A stretch of 64,000 nucleotides of DNA from Limnothrix sp. BL-A-16 (GCA_041937175.2 CP166615.1:3360001-3424000), one strand, 5' to 3'; positions 35,805-47,141 are shown, counted from the stretch's first letter. The notes: generated from the letters alone by a model not told the origin. A program made the numbers and translations.

Positions 35805-35975
35805 CCAGACGCTCCTTACCCCCAAGATCTTGCAGCGACAAAATTAGGGTTTTGGGAGTGGCATGACAAATCCTCAACCCCTTTTTGATCGTGGACTGAT
35901 CAACCAGCAGCGACGGCCAAATCAGGGGAGCATCGCCACCGCCAAAACCGCACGAGAGCGAGAGTCGCAACAACC

Positions 35976-36656
35976 ATGAAAATTTTGGGCGCGGGCCTCA
36001 GCAAAACGGGCACTTCTTCACTTCATGCGGCTTTGCAGATTCTGGGGTTCTATGGGCTGCATTTCGATCGCGATCGCCTCAACGAGATCCTCAGCGGCCA
36101 AGTCACCCAACCCAATTTCCGCTGCTATGACGATGTGGACGTGGTGACGGATTTGCCCAGCGCCTATTTTTATCGGGAGTTGGCGGCCGCCTATCCCGAC
36201 AGCAAAATCATTCTGACCGTGCGCGATCTGGATGCCTGGTGGCGCAGTGTGGAATTTCATATCAATCACCGCTTTCCGGTGTCGCCCAGTGTGGGGATTC
36301 GGGCCCAGCTTGCCCAGCGTTGGCAGCTCGATCGCTGGTTGAGCCATGGGCCTTGGCCGACGGATTGGCAAGTGGGCTGGCAAAACTTCTGGCAAGAAAG
36401 TGCATCGCAACAGTTTCGCCGCGACCTGCGCAATTGTGTTTATGGCTCGGCGATCGCCACTGAGTTTCTTTATAAGAAGAAGTATCTGGAGCATAACGAT
36501 CGGGTGATGGCAGAAATTCCGCCCGATCGACTGCTGGTGATGAATATTCCCGCCGGGGATGGTTGGGAACAACTCTGCCCTTTTTTAGGGGTGCCAATTC
36601 CCGATCAACCCTTTCCCCACGCCTACAAAACCGAGCACCAAGCCTACAAACGTTAA
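35976..36656 (+). CDS. Sulfotransferase family protein (Sulfotransfer_4-like)
   Basis: MKILGAGLSKTGTSSL PAPS loop; YPDSKIILTVRD..W..S; HN..V...IPPDRLLV; GWEQLCPFLG. Confidence 0.88.
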   Translation: MKILGAGLSKTGTSSLHAALQILGFYGLHFDRDRLNEILSGQVTQPNFRCYDDVDVVTDLPSAYFYRELAAAYPDSKIILTVRDLDAWWRSVEFHINHRFPVSPSVGIRAQLAQRWQLDRWLSHGPWPTDWQVGWQNFWQESASQQFRRDLRNCVYGSAIATEFLYKKKYLEHNDRVMAEIPPDRLLVMNIPAGDGWEQLCPFLGVPIPDQPFPHAYKTEHQAYKR

Positions 36657-36726
36657 TCAGCAAAAAGCAAGACTGACCCTGTGTTAGAGTCATTCCGACC
36701 CGATCCGGATGGTTTAAACAATTCCC

Positions 36727-38223
36727 ATGGCCAGACTCAGCGGAATCTTGCTGCACCCCACTTCGCTCCCCAGTCGCTACGGAGTGGGTGATCTGGGTGA
36801 CCAGGCCATTGCCTTTTGCGATTGGTTGCAAGCGGGGGCCCAACGGGTGTGGCAAATGTTGCCTCTGGGGCCCGTGGGTGCTGGCAATTCGCCCTATATG
36901 AGTTTTTCTGCGATCGCCGGGGAGCCGTTGTTGATCAGCCCCGATCGCCTGGTGGAATCCGGCTGGTTGCCCGCCGCCGCCCTCGAACAAGGGCCCGATT
37001 TCAATCCCCATCGGGTGGACTTTGCGGCAGTGCGGGCCTATAAAGATCGCCTGTTTGTCCAAGCCTGGGCCGGGTTCCAAGTCCATGCCACCGCAGAACA
37101 ACGCACCGCCTTTGAGCAATTTTGCACCGAGCAGGCCGACTGGCTCGAGGATTTTGCCCTGTTCATGACCCTGAAGGCGGAATTTGGCCAAATTGTTTGG
37201 AACCGTTGGGATGTGGGATTTGCCCAGCGAGATCCGGTCGTGTTGGCCGCCGCTCGCCAAACCCTAAAGGAGTCGATCGCCCTGCAACGGTTTTTGCAGT
37301 TCGTCTTCTTTGAGCAGTGGCAACAGCTCAAAACCGCTGCCAACGAACGGGGCGTGCAACTGGTGGGCGATGTGCCCATCTATGTCTCCTTCGACAGCGC
37401 CGACGTTTGGGCGAATCGCGAGCTGTTTGCCCTGGATCCAGACACCCTGGATCCGGCCCAAATGGCCGGCGTACCCCCGGACTATTTCAGTGCCACGGGG
37501 CAACTGTGGGGGAACCCGGTTTATGACTGGGAAACCAACGCCCAAACGGGCTATCACTGGTGGATCAAGCGATTCCGCCACCTGTTCACCATGGTGGATT
37601 GGGTACGAATTGACCATTTCCGAGGGTTCGAGTCCTTTTGGGCCGTGCCCCAAGGGGAAGAAACCGCCATCAATGGCGATTGGGTTCCCGGGCCGGGAGC
37701 GGCATTTTTTGAAGCGGTGCAGGGGGCCTTGGGCAAGCTGCCGGTGATTGCGGAAGATTTGGGGATTATTACGCCCGAGGTGGAAGCACTGCGCGATCGC
37801 TTCCAATTCCCCGGCATGAAGATTCTGCAATTTGCCTTTGACTCCGGCAGCGGTAACCCCTATTTGCCCCACAATTACCGCAGTCCCAACTATGTGGTTT
37901 ATACGGGAACCCACGATAATGACACCACGGTGGGTTGGTTTAATGGTCGATCGCCCGAGGAGCAACAGCGCGTAATCCGCTACGCTGGCTATGCGGGCCC
38001 CGATGGCATTCAGTGGGATCTCACCCGGATGGCCATGGCCTCGGTGGCCGATTGGGCGATCGTCCCGTTGCAAGACTGCTTGGGCTTTGGCAGCGATTGC
38101 CGCATGAATGTGCCCGGCCAGGCCGATGGTAATTGGGAGTGGCGCTGTTTGGAGGGATCCTTTGCCCCTTGGATGGCCGATCGACTCCGGGAGTTGGTGG
38201 ATTTGTATGGCCGCTGGGGATAG
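36727..38223 (+). CDS. malQ: 4-alpha-glucanotransferase (GH77)
   Basis: SGILLHPTSLP, GVPPDYFSATGQLWGNP, RIDHFRGF, IAEDLG, YTGTHDNDT. Confidence 0.97.
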   Translation: MARLSGILLHPTSLPSRYGVGDLGDQAIAFCDWLQAGAQRVWQMLPLGPVGAGNSPYMSFSAIAGEPLLISPDRLVESGWLPAAALEQGPDFNPHRVDFAAVRAYKDRLFVQAWAGFQVHATAEQRTAFEQFCTEQADWLEDFALFMTLKAEFGQIVWNRWDVGFAQRDPVVLAAARQTLKESIALQRFLQFVFFEQWQQLKTAANERGVQLVGDVPIYVSFDSADVWANRELFALDPDTLDPAQMAGVPPDYFSATGQLWGNPVYDWETNAQTGYHWWIKRFRHLFTMVDWVRIDHFRGFESFWAVPQGEETAINGDWVPGPGAAFFEAVQGALGKLPVIAEDLGIITPEVEALRDRFQFPGMKILQFAFDSGSGNPYLPHNYRSPNYVVYTGTHDNDTTVGWFNGRSPEEQQRVIRYAGYAGPDGIQWDLTRMAMASVADWAIVPLQDCLGFGSDCRMNVPGQADGNWEWRCLEGSFAPWMADRLRELVDLYGRWG

Positions 38224-38337
38224 GGGTAACCTTGCCACGGTCGAGCACCTGATAGTCATCATCAGCCAGGCCCCAAAACCGGCCTGAGGACACAAAGGAT
38301 CAGATCTTGGAGAATAACCCCCACCCGATCGACTCGG

Positions 38338-39081
38338 GTGCATGAAATCAGGCGATCGCCCCGCATGAGCAGAAACTTTGCCAATCGCCGTCTTGACCTT
38401 GCGCGAATCATGCCCGACTCATTCCTTGAAGAATTCGGGCAAAAAGACGCGGGCACAAGACGGTTTTTGCTCAATGCCCTCACCCTATTTGCCGCCATTT
38501 CCCCCGAACAGCAACACCAAGCCATCAACGATCTGATTCAGTTTGAAATCATCATTTTGTCCGATCGCTCGCGGGAATTTTTGCGACGACGGGTGCAAGG
38601 CTTGCTGAAACGATTTTACTTACAAAAAAATCTGGGCGAAAACGATATTCGTGAATATTACTATCGTTATTACATCCTCACGGGCACAATTCCAGAGCGC
38701 CTAACGCCCGATTATTTAAATTTTTTGATGAAGTTCATTGTGGGCATTGAACTGATCATCATGATTTTCTGCATGAGCTTCATGGAGCAACAGCGCTTTT
38801 TTGAGCTGCAAGGCAAATATTCCACCCAAGCCCTGTTGTTTTATCACTACATTCGCCCCATCCGAGATAAGTTGGTGCGCGAACGAGTGGTGACGCGGGA
38901 TCCATCCGGCAATCACTACTATCGGCGGCCCACCCTCGATCATTCTGAGGTGATGGATTTTGTTTTTGATGTGTTCGATCTCGATCGCATCGTCGCCTTG
39001 GGCGAATATGCCGAAAAACTAGCCTTTGAGCGGGACTACATCCACAGCGGCCCCGATGAGCTGGAGTCGGACGGATCCTGA
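38338..39081 (+). CDS. Hypothetical protein
   Basis: ~240-aa ORF filling the gap with protein-like composition; no catalytic motif recognised; start may be ATG 38365. Confidence 0.75.
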   Translation: MHEIRRSPRMSRNFANRRLDLARIMPDSFLEEFGQKDAGTRRFLLNALTLFAAISPEQQHQAINDLIQFEIIILSDRSREFLRRRVQGLLKRFYLQKNLGENDIREYYYRYYILTGTIPERLTPDYLNFLMKFIVGIELIIMIFCMSFMEQQRFFELQGKYSTQALLFYHYIRPIRDKLVRERVVTRDPSGNHYYRRPTLDHSEVMDFVFDVFDLDRIVALGEYAEKLAFERDYIHSGPDELESDGS

Positions 39082-40146
39082 GCGCCATCCCCCTGGCGAT
39101 CGGTGGCTGGCCGCTGGCGTGACCGTTGCCTGAACCTTCCCAAATTGCCCTAATCATCCTGCATCACCCTAATTGTCCTGAGGAACTGGGCCAGCCCTTG
39201 GGAACCTGGTGATACTGGTTACGTCCTTGATTGAGGATCCCTCGAAAAATAGCCCATAGCCAAGATTTACTGAAAAGAATCAAGCTCCTGGGTTTTAATT
39301 CCAGTCACTGTCAAAGCCTGCTTTTAGAATCAACCCAACCACTGAGTTTTGTTTTCAGTAGCCCTTAAAATCAAGAAATTGATTGGATCAATTAGATAAA
39401 ATCTCTAAGCTTCAACCACAAGAAAACTATTAATAGAAAAAATCGATCCAAAGCTGAATCTCTCATTCATGGGCATGAGGCTTGGGGGGATTGCGGTTGA
39501 CGATCCCTAACCGAATGACGGGAGCGATCGGCCATGGATCGCCCATGAATCTCCTCAGTCCTTCAGGATCAATCCGCCTGGGATGCCTTCCTTTTGGCTC
39601 GATCGCCCCTTAGGCCCCAACCCCACGTGATTGCTATCCCCAAACAACCCGAGCCGATCGCCCTGATGGGATTGGGCGGATTGCGTGATCACTCCACCCA
39701 AACTTTGACCAAGGCCCGATCGCCATCTGTCCGATCCTGAAAATCCGGTTCTCAACAGTCGCTCCCCCGACGAACCAGACAGGGCGATCGTTCCCGATCA
39801 GTTTCCAGAAAAATCAAGAATTGCGGGAACTTTTTGAAAACTTTTCAGAACATTTTGTTCCCGCAAAATTCCCCAAAAAAAATTCTCCCACTTCCGGATT
39901 CTTCGATCGCTTCCCGAAGGAATAGGCAGCGAACCACAGTTCACCAACCCGCACAGGGAACGCAACAGCAATTCACTTGCACCTCGATAGCGGTTCCGGT
40001 TCCACCGGCCCCTAAGCACCCAAGAATGCAGGACTTGCACCAGCGTTTGGGACTCGAACTCGTGACCGCAATGGTTGCGGCTGTTCGTCCGCGCCTCTTC
40101 AACTCAACAGCTCACCTTTTGCAACTCAAGTCCACTGGAGGAGTCA

Positions 40147-42315
40147 ATGGCTGTTATTAACGGAACCAACTTTCCCGATGTCATCCCCATTACTGAAACC
40201 CAAGCCGCCCTCGACAGCCTGGCCGGGAATGATGTGATCAGCGGTTTGGATAGCAACGACATCATCCGGGGCTATAACGGAGACGATCGGATCCTGGGCG
40301 GCAACGACAACGATCGCCTGTTTGGCAACCAAGGCGTAGACACCCTGGAAGGGGAATCGGGCGACGATGAATTGCTCGGCGGCGCTGGCAATGACCTGTT
40401 GTTGGGCGGACTCGGCAACGACCTGCTGTTCGGCAACATGGACAGCGACCAACTGTATGGCGGCAGCGGCGGCGACGAGCTGTATGGCGGCAAAGGCAAC
40501 GACCTGCTGTTTGGCGAAGACGGCGATGATGTGTTGTCCGGCGACCTGGGCGCAGACACCATGCGCGGCGGCCAAGGCAACGATACCTTTGTGATCGGTC
40601 GCCGCAGCGACAGCTTCTCGGCCCAGACCGGTCAAATCTCCACCGGCGGTTCCACCATCCTGGAAGCCGATGTGATTGAAGACTTCAGCCAATTTGGCCA
40701 AGACCAAATCCGGCTGATTGGCGGAGTCACGATGTCTGACCTGGAAATCTTTGATGGTTCCGGTCAAACCGCTGGCAGCGCCATCATTCGCGACAAAGGC
40801 AACAACCAAATTTTGGCGGTGGTGAAAGGGGTCAGCGCCAACCAACTGATGAACACCCCCGGCACGTTCAGTTCCGATGGTGTGCAGCCGGGATCTGTGC
40901 CACCCCAAGGCGCACTGCAATTCTCGGTGGCCAACCTGACCGGCACGGAAGGTTCCCAAGTGGAAGTGACCGTGACGCGGGATGTGAACCAATCGGCGGG
41001 CGCGGTTTCCGTGGATGTGGGCGTGTTGGGCGGCACGGCAACGGCCAACGCGGACTACAAAACCTTCAACCAAACCCTGAACTTTGCGCCGGGTCAAATT
41101 AGCCAAACCTTCAAGGTGGATCTGATTGACGACGCACCTTTGGCTGACAGCGGCGAAACGATTCGGATGTTGCTGTCTCGTCCCACGGGCGGCGCAATCT
41201 TGGGCAAGCAGGATTCGGCAATCTTGACGATCGTGGACAAGGGCGCAACGGGTGGCGGCGGAACCACTGGCTCTTCCACTTTCCAATTCAGCGGCGCAAC
41301 CTACACGGCGACGGAAGGCACGGCCACGGTACAAGCGGCCATCAACATCACCCGCACGGGCGACACCTCCCAAGCTGGCTCCGTCACCTTCTCGACCGGC
41401 ACAGGCGGCACGGCGACGGCTGGCTCGGACTACACGGCGGTGGCGAACCAAGTGGTGAGCTTCGCGGCGGGTGAAACGACCAAGACGGTGAACGTGCCAG
41501 TTTTGTCCGATGCGATCACGCCAGAAGCCGATGAAACGGTGAATCTGACTCTGACGGCCCCCACTGGCGGTACGTTGGGCACTCAGGTCACTTCGGTGTT
41601 GACGATCAAGGATGTGTCAACTTCAACCACAACCACGCCGCCCGGTAGCTCGGCTGTTGGCAGTACACTACAGTTCAACAACGATCCGAATGCGATCACG
41701 GCTGATCAAGGCTTGCTCTCTACCTTCCCCGGCGGGATTAATGGTGGCGGTGGAGACGATCAGTTCACCTACTCAAACACGGCTCCAGCAATCCTTCGCG
41801 GTGAAGGCGGTAACGATACCTTTGCGCCTGGGGCAGTTGCGCCGACAGCTCCCATTTCGATCGATGGTGGCGATGGTAACGATGCGATTACGGGTAGCCC
41901 GATCGCAGGTGATAAGTTGCTGGGCGGCGCGGGTGATGACGTGATTACGGCGGGCGCTGGTGGTGGCACGATTGTCGGTGGCCCAGGTCTTGATCGAATG
42001 ACAGGCGCGGCGGGTGTTGATGTGTTTGCGTTCCAAGCTAGTGACTTGACGACCAGCGCGCTGACAGCGGATCAGATCACGACTTTCACCACTGGCGCTG
42101 ACAAAATTGGTCTTGGCCCTGGCCTGACCAGTGTGGTGATTACGCCGGAAGTGGTGAATGTGGCGGGCGTGGCTGCAACATCAGATTTGGCGCTAACCTA
42201 CACCGACGCAAGTGGTGTGAAGAAGTACCTGGCAGTATTGGTAGATACGGCGGCTGCGGGTTTTGTGGCAGCAACCGATGTGACCAACGTTGCGGCCAGC
42301 ACGTTCACAATCTAG
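40147..42315 (+). CDS. Secreted RTX (GGxGxD) calcium-binding protein with two Calx-beta domains; likely surface protein/type I secretion substrate
   Basis: GGAGGAG RBS; many GGxGND nonapeptides at both ends; two Calx-beta-like units (LQFS..EG..VTVTR..GTATA..DY..F..G). Confidence 0.9.
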   Translation: MAVINGTNFPDVIPITETQAALDSLAGNDVISGLDSNDIIRGYNGDDRILGGNDNDRLFGNQGVDTLEGESGDDELLGGAGNDLLLGGLGNDLLFGNMDSDQLYGGSGGDELYGGKGNDLLFGEDGDDVLSGDLGADTMRGGQGNDTFVIGRRSDSFSAQTGQISTGGSTILEADVIEDFSQFGQDQIRLIGGVTMSDLEIFDGSGQTAGSAIIRDKGNNQILAVVKGVSANQLMNTPGTFSSDGVQPGSVPPQGALQFSVANLTGTEGSQVEVTVTRDVNQSAGAVSVDVGVLGGTATANADYKTFNQTLNFAPGQISQTFKVDLIDDAPLADSGETIRMLLSRPTGGAILGKQDSAILTIVDKGATGGGGTTGSSTFQFSGATYTATEGTATVQAAINITRTGDTSQAGSVTFSTGTGGTATAGSDYTAVANQVVSFAAGETTKTVNVPVLSDAITPEADETVNLTLTAPTGGTLGTQVTSVLTIKDVSTSTTTTPPGSSAVGSTLQFNNDPNAITADQGLLSTFPGGINGGGGDDQFTYSNTAPAILRGEGGNDTFAPGAVAPTAPISIDGGDGNDAITGSPIAGDKLLGGAGDDVITAGAGGGTIVGGPGLDRMTGAAGVDVFAFQASDLTTSALTADQITTFTTGADKIGLGPGLTSVVITPEVVNVAGVAATSDLALTYTDASGVKKYLAVLVDTAAAGFVAATDVTNVAASTFTI

Positions 42316-42387
42316 AACTGCACGGATTAGAACAGGACGAGAAATTCTGTCCTGTGAAGACTGCCAAAAATTTCACTTCTGTTTGGA

Positions 42388-42413
42388 GGGGCTGGGTCGA
42401 TCGACCTGGCCCC
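42388..42413. terminator. Hairpin between convergent genes (possible bidirectional terminator)
   Basis: GGGGCTGGGTCGATCGACCTGGCCCC. Confidence 0.55.
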
Positions 42414-42425
42414 TTTCCTTGGTGG

Positions 42426-42746
42426 TTAGCGCGGGGCCTTTGCCCAGCCGGCCGCGATCGCCTCCGCCTCGGAACAGAACCAGCGTTCCCCGCGCGATAG
42501 GTCGATCACCGTGCGCTCATAGTCCCGCATTCCCGGCAGGTGATATAGCCGTCGCCCGGTGCTTTGGCCATCTGTGGTTTGGGAGATGTTGCCTTTGATC
42601 GGGCAATTGGGATCGGGTGGGGTGGTGGAACGGCTGCTGGGGGCTGATTGGGTGTTGGGTCGCTGTTGGGCCTGGGCCGGTGCGATCGGGACGATTGTCG
42701 TGGCCACAATCAACAGGGGGATCAGATTTCCTAGACGAGTCTTCAT
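42426..42746 (-). CDS. Small secreted protein with CxIKGNI...YH.PG...WFCSE.EA..AGW domain (thermonuclease-associated type)
   Basis: Signal peptide ending AQA; characteristic motif set. Confidence 0.85.
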   Translation of the reverse strand: MKTRLGNLIPLLIVATTIVPIAPAQAQQRPNTQSAPSSRSTTPPDPNCPIKGNISQTTDGQSTGRRLYHLPGMRDYERTVIDLSRGERWFCSEAEAIAAGWAKAPR

Positions 42747-42768
42747 TAAACTGCTTCAGAAGTGATGA

Positions 42769-43452
42769 TTATGCATTAGCTTGTTCTGAGCCATTTTCGT
42801 TGGTGTCGCTCTCATGATCTTCACCCATATCAAAAACATCGAGCTGCATCGATCCCCGAGTCTCGACACTTTGACTCACAGGCAGGTGATTAGCTGCCAT
42901 TATTTTTTCTGACAGCTTTAAGTGCAGGTCTTGGCTATCCTTGTGCTGCAAAGCCAATTCATGGGACTTCATCAAAGCCTCTTGACTGCAACGGTGGTCT
43001 GGCCCATGGTAAGCATAGAGCCATGCACCAGAATCAGTTTCCCCGACAGGCAGTATTATTTCTGCATAGTCTCTTAACCATATCGACACCTGTTCGCGTC
43101 CATACGATTTTTCCATTTTGTACAACTGCTGTCTTAGAGAAGAACGGTATTTGCTTATAACCTGCGCTACCCTTTTTGTGTAAATTTTCTTAGCATCATC
43201 AACAGGATTTCGCTGACAGTAGCCATCCCAAAAAGGCTTGGGCGTATCTCTGGAGTCATCCCTGAATGCAAGAGGGTAAATAGCCATCGCCATCTCTTCT
43301 TTTGTGCGTGGTTCTTCAGAATTCTTGAGATAGGCAAGTAAAGTGCGTGCTTTTTGCCCAAGGTCTTGTTTACTTGGAAATTTCCTTGCAGTCCAAGCTG
43401 GCCAAAAACTATTGACTGTTTCTTCATCAAAGTTAAAATTTTCTTGTGTCAC
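42769..43452 (-). CDS. Hypothetical protein, possible winged-helix DNA-binding region
   Basis: 227-aa ORF in a low-GC islet, divergent from the XRE-IrrE gene; LLAYL...RTKEEMAMAIY...VISKYRSSL pattern. Confidence 0.65.
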   Translation of the reverse strand: MTQENFNFDEETVNSFWPAWTARKFPSKQDLGQKARTLLAYLKNSEEPRTKEEMAMAIYPLAFRDDSRDTPKPFWDGYCQRNPVDDAKKIYTKRVAQVISKYRSSLRQQLYKMEKSYGREQVSIWLRDYAEIILPVGETDSGAWLYAYHGPDHRCSQEALMKSHELALQHKDSQDLHLKLSEKIMAANHLPVSQSVETRGSMQLDVFDMGEDHESDTNENGSEQANA

Positions 43453-43572
43453 GGATAGATCACCTAGGCAAGAAATTCAAAAGTACGATCCGATCATAAT
43501 GAATCAAATTCTGAGCAACCACCAGAGTGAGGTCGTGAAAACCGTACAAGTAATAGTAGGGAGTTTATTGAA

Positions 43573-44892
43573 ATGACAAAAATTTTACATCTCTCAAAAA
43601 TCACCCAAAAGTCTTTGGACGATTACCCTAAGGCCGGTTTTCAGCTAAGAAGCTATCGTGAGTTAAAAAAGCTCAGCGTAGAGGATGTATCTAAAGTATT
43701 ATCCATTCCTATCTCAAAAATTCTGGAAATTGAAAATGGACAACTGAAAAATAATCTACAATCCATTCTGATTATGCTTGGCTTTTACGAAAAGTCAGTA
43801 CATGAAGTATTTGGAGGTTTTCTGCTGAAAAAAACCTTTTCAGAAAATCAAATTTCCCAATTCCAAAATGTCACTTCTTATGTTTTAGAGTCTATATCTT
43901 TTCAGAAGATATTGCGAAATAAATCTGTTTCTGTAAAGAATCAACCATTAAATAGAAGTAGTCGAGCTTCTAATAAGTCGTCAGTAAAGCATTCTCGTTC
44001 TGCTACTAGAAGTGCTCTATCCCCATCAGTAGTTGCGTTTAGAGCTGAACGCTTACTCATTGAGCAAAATATCCATCAATTACCTATTAATGTCTATCAA
44101 ATTGCCAAGAATTTAAATATTCACGTTGGCTTTGATAGTTTTCCTTCAGATTTCTATATGAAAATCAAGGGATATGCGTATAGAGATGATGAGATTCAAA
44201 TAATTGGTGTTAACCGAAGTCACCCAATTCCATTGCAGCGTTTTACAGTTGCGCACGAACTGCATCATATCCTTTACGACCTATCTGAATCTCAGTTTCT
44301 ATGTCAGTCTGACAACATGGAAGAGCAAGTTGAGAAAAATGCCGAGGCCTTTGCCGCTGAGCTTCTCATGCCTACCAAGTTTATTCAAGGACTTTTATCA
44401 AATCCCTTGAATATCAAATATTTAACTGTTCACCTCGTAGCTCGACACTTTGGAGTGAGTTATGAAGCAGCAGCAATTAGATTGCAAAAATTTCAAGTCT
44501 TGAATAGTGCAAACCTTGCCTGTCAAGCATCCTATAGAAAACAAGACCAAATCAAGACAAAGTTTTTACTGAAAGAAAAACTGAAGTACTTGATTGCAGT
44601 TTTTGGATTGGAAACGGGTATTGCTGAATTATTATATGAGCCATCACATCGGCTCATGGTACATGATGCTTGCGGTTTCCCCATTATTGATCCTAAATCC
44701 AATGTATGTTGGCATTGTGGTCTTGAAATATCCCATGAGGAATCCCCATCAATTCCTGGTAACTACTTTCTCCAAAGTCCCTCTAATCTCTCTCCTGAAA
44801 AAGTTGTTTCCTTTGACAGAAGACAACATGGTGATTACAAACAGTTGTCTCTAAATCTGAGTATTCTTGACAGCGGTTCAAGCGATAAGTAA
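43573..44892 (+). CDS. XRE-type HTH fused to an ImmA/IrrE (Peptidase M78) metallopeptidase with a Cys/His-rich C-terminus
   Basis: LRSYRELKKLSVEDVSKVL...IENG HTH; QRFTVAHELHH (HEXXH); EKNAEAFAAELLMP; FGVSYEAA; HDAC...CWHCG. Confidence 0.9.
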   Translation: MTKILHLSKITQKSLDDYPKAGFQLRSYRELKKLSVEDVSKVLSIPISKILEIENGQLKNNLQSILIMLGFYEKSVHEVFGGFLLKKTFSENQISQFQNVTSYVLESISFQKILRNKSVSVKNQPLNRSSRASNKSSVKHSRSATRSALSPSVVAFRAERLLIEQNIHQLPINVYQIAKNLNIHVGFDSFPSDFYMKIKGYAYRDDEIQIIGVNRSHPIPLQRFTVAHELHHILYDLSESQFLCQSDNMEEQVEKNAEAFAAELLMPTKFIQGLLSNPLNIKYLTVHLVARHFGVSYEAAAIRLQKFQVLNSANLACQASYRKQDQIKTKFLLKEKLKYLIAVFGLETGIAELLYEPSHRLMVHDACGFPIIDPKSNVCWHCGLEISHEESPSIPGNYFLQSPSNLSPEKVVSFDRRQHGDYKQLSLNLSILDSGSSDK

Positions 44893-44943
44893 TCAGAAAT
44901 TCTTCTGGTGATTCGCCTGCGCGTCATATATCGAAGTCAGCAC

Positions 44944-44980
44944 AAAAGAAAAAGGCAGAAGAGATCAGTGCCTCTCCTGC
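44944..44980. terminator. Terminator between typA and the islet
   Basis: AAAAAGGCAGAAGAG-atcagtgc-CTCTCCTGCC; U-tail on the minus strand. Confidence 0.6.
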
Positions 44981-45025
44981 CAGATGGGGAAGACGATCGC
45001 CCCGGAGCGATCGCCCTAAAACGAC

Positions 45026-46819
45026 TTAGCGCTTAGCGAGCTTTTTTGCCGGGAGCTTCCGCAACCGAATCGATTCGGGAGTCACCTCCACCATTTCATC
45101 GGAGCCGATATATTCCAGCGCCCGTTCCAGCGTCATTTGTACCGGCGCTTGCAACTGCACCAATTCATCGCCGCCGGCCGCACGGTGGTTGGTGAGCTGC
45201 TTGGTTTTGCACACATTCAGGTCAATGTCTTGCGGGCGGTTGTGCTCACCCACAATCATGCCCTTGTAAACCTTCGTGCCCGGTTCAATGAAGAACACGC
45301 CGCGATCTTCAGCGTTCTTCATGGCGTAGAAAGTGGCCACGCCTTCTTCAAAGGAAATCATCACCCCGTTGCGGCGGGTGTCGATATCTCCCACAATCGG
45401 GCGGTAGTCATGGAAGCTGTGGTTCATGATCCCTTCGCCTCGGGTCATGCGCATAAACTCGCCCCGGAACCCGATCAGACCCCGCGCCGGGATGATGAAT
45501 TCCAGTTGGGTACGGCCGTTTTCGCCCACACGCATGTCCTGCATTTCGGCGCGACGGGTTCCCAGCTTTTCGATGCAACTACCGGATGCATCGTCGGGCA
45601 CATCCAACACCAGCAATTCGTAAGGTTCGCAGGGTTGGCCGTTCACTTCGCGGAAGATCACCTGCGGCTGCGACACTTGGAACTCGTAGCCCTCGCGGCG
45701 CATGGTTTCGATCAAAATGCCCAGGTGCAGTTCACCCCGACCAGACACGGCCCAGCGATCGGGCGAGTCCGTTTCTTCCACACGCAAAGCCACGTTGGTT
45801 TCCAACTCGCGCATCAGGCGATCGCGCACTTGCCGCGAGGTCACAAACTTGCCCTCACGACCGGCAAAGGGCGAATCGTTCACCACAAAGGTCATTTGCA
45901 GCGTTGGCTCATCCACCTTGATTAGCGGCAGCGCTTCGGGGTTTTCGGCGCTGGCCAAAGTTTCCCCAATGTTGGCATCGGCAAAACCGGAAATGGCCAC
46001 CAGGTTCCCGGCCGAAGCCTGCTCGATTTCCACCCGTTGCAGCCCTTCAAAGCCCAACAGCTTGGTAATCCGACCCTTGGTGATTGACCCGTCTTCCTTA
46101 ATCAAGGCCGCTTGTTGACCGGCGGTTACCGTCCCGTTATGGATCCGGCCAATCACAATCCGACCCAGGTACTCGGAATAGTCCAGGGTGGTCACTTGCA
46201 GTTGGAAGGGTTTTTCGGGGTCGCCCACGGGCGCAGGCACATGCTCCAGAATCGCTTCAAACAAGGGTTGCATATCCTTGTTTTCGTCGGCCAAGTCATT
46301 CTTGGCAAAGCCAGCCATCCCCGAAGCAAACAGGTAGGGGAAGTCGCACTGGTCGTCATCGGCTCCCAGCTCGATGAACAGATCCAACACCTTGTCCACG
46401 GCGGTCATGGGTTCCACGCGCGGGCGATCGATCTTGTTCACCACCACGATCGGGCGTAGACCCTTTTCCAGCGCTTTCTTCAGCACAAAGCGCGTTTGGG
46501 GCATCGGCCCTTCGTTGGCATCCACGATCAGCACGCAGCCATCCACCATGCCCAACACCCGCTCCACTTCGCCGCCGAAGTCCGCGTGGCCAGGGGTGTC
46601 AACGATGTTGATTAGGGTTTCTTTGTAACGAACCGCAGTATTTTTTGACAGAATCGTGATGCCGCGCTCCCGTTCGAGGTCGTTGGAGTCCATCACGCAG
46701 GTGGGCACTTCTTCGCCCTCGCGGAAAATGCCAGATTGCTTCAGCAGCGCGTCAACCAGGGTGGTTTTACCGTGGTCAACGTGGGCAATGATGGCAACGT
46801 TACGAATCGGGAGGCTCAT
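45026..46819 (-). CDS. typA: Translational GTPase TypA/BipA
   Basis: [50 protein letters not shown]. Confidence 0.98.
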   Translation of the reverse strand: MSLPIRNVAIIAHVDHGKTTLVDALLKQSGIFREGEEVPTCVMDSNDLERERGITILSKNTAVRYKETLINIVDTPGHADFGGEVERVLGMVDGCVLIVDANEGPMPQTRFVLKKALEKGLRPIVVVNKIDRPRVEPMTAVDKVLDLFIELGADDDQCDFPYLFASGMAGFAKNDLADENKDMQPLFEAILEHVPAPVGDPEKPFQLQVTTLDYSEYLGRIVIGRIHNGTVTAGQQAALIKEDGSITKGRITKLLGFEGLQRVEIEQASAGNLVAISGFADANIGETLASAENPEALPLIKVDEPTLQMTFVVNDSPFAGREGKFVTSRQVRDRLMRELETNVALRVEETDSPDRWAVSGRGELHLGILIETMRREGYEFQVSQPQVIFREVNGQPCEPYELLVLDVPDDASGSCIEKLGTRRAEMQDMRVGENGRTQLEFIIPARGLIGFRGEFMRMTRGEGIMNHSFHDYRPIVGDIDTRRNGVMISFEEGVATFYAMKNAEDRGVFFIEPGTKVYKGMIVGEHNRPQDIDLNVCKTKQLTNHRAAGGDELVQLQAPVQMTLERALEYIGSDEMVEVTPESIRLRKLPAKKLAKR

Positions 46820-47141
46820 AGGTTGATTAGCGATGGGTTCACACGGGCCCCACTGGCAGCAAGCGGTCCAGCAGGTTGGGTCTCGGAAAGACGATTTTTG
46901 TAAAAATCTGTAATGATTCTAGCCCAGGATTGCCAATTCGCATGGGCAATGTTATTGGCAAGTGTGATTGGCCACTGACTTTTGCGGCCAAATATGCCAA
47001 ACAGTTGTGCCAAACGGCTATGCCAAACCAGCTCGCCAGCGTCCGGCCACCAAGCGCAAAGGCAAGCCTGAGGGACAGTCTGGGAAGCTGGTTTAGGGCT
47101 AGGGCCACATCAAAAACAGTCGATCGCCCGGCTTAACTGGC

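Noticed and set aside
39900..40146. c-di-GMP or other riboswitch in the RTX gene leader
   Set aside because: Could not find the conserved aptamer motifs by eye
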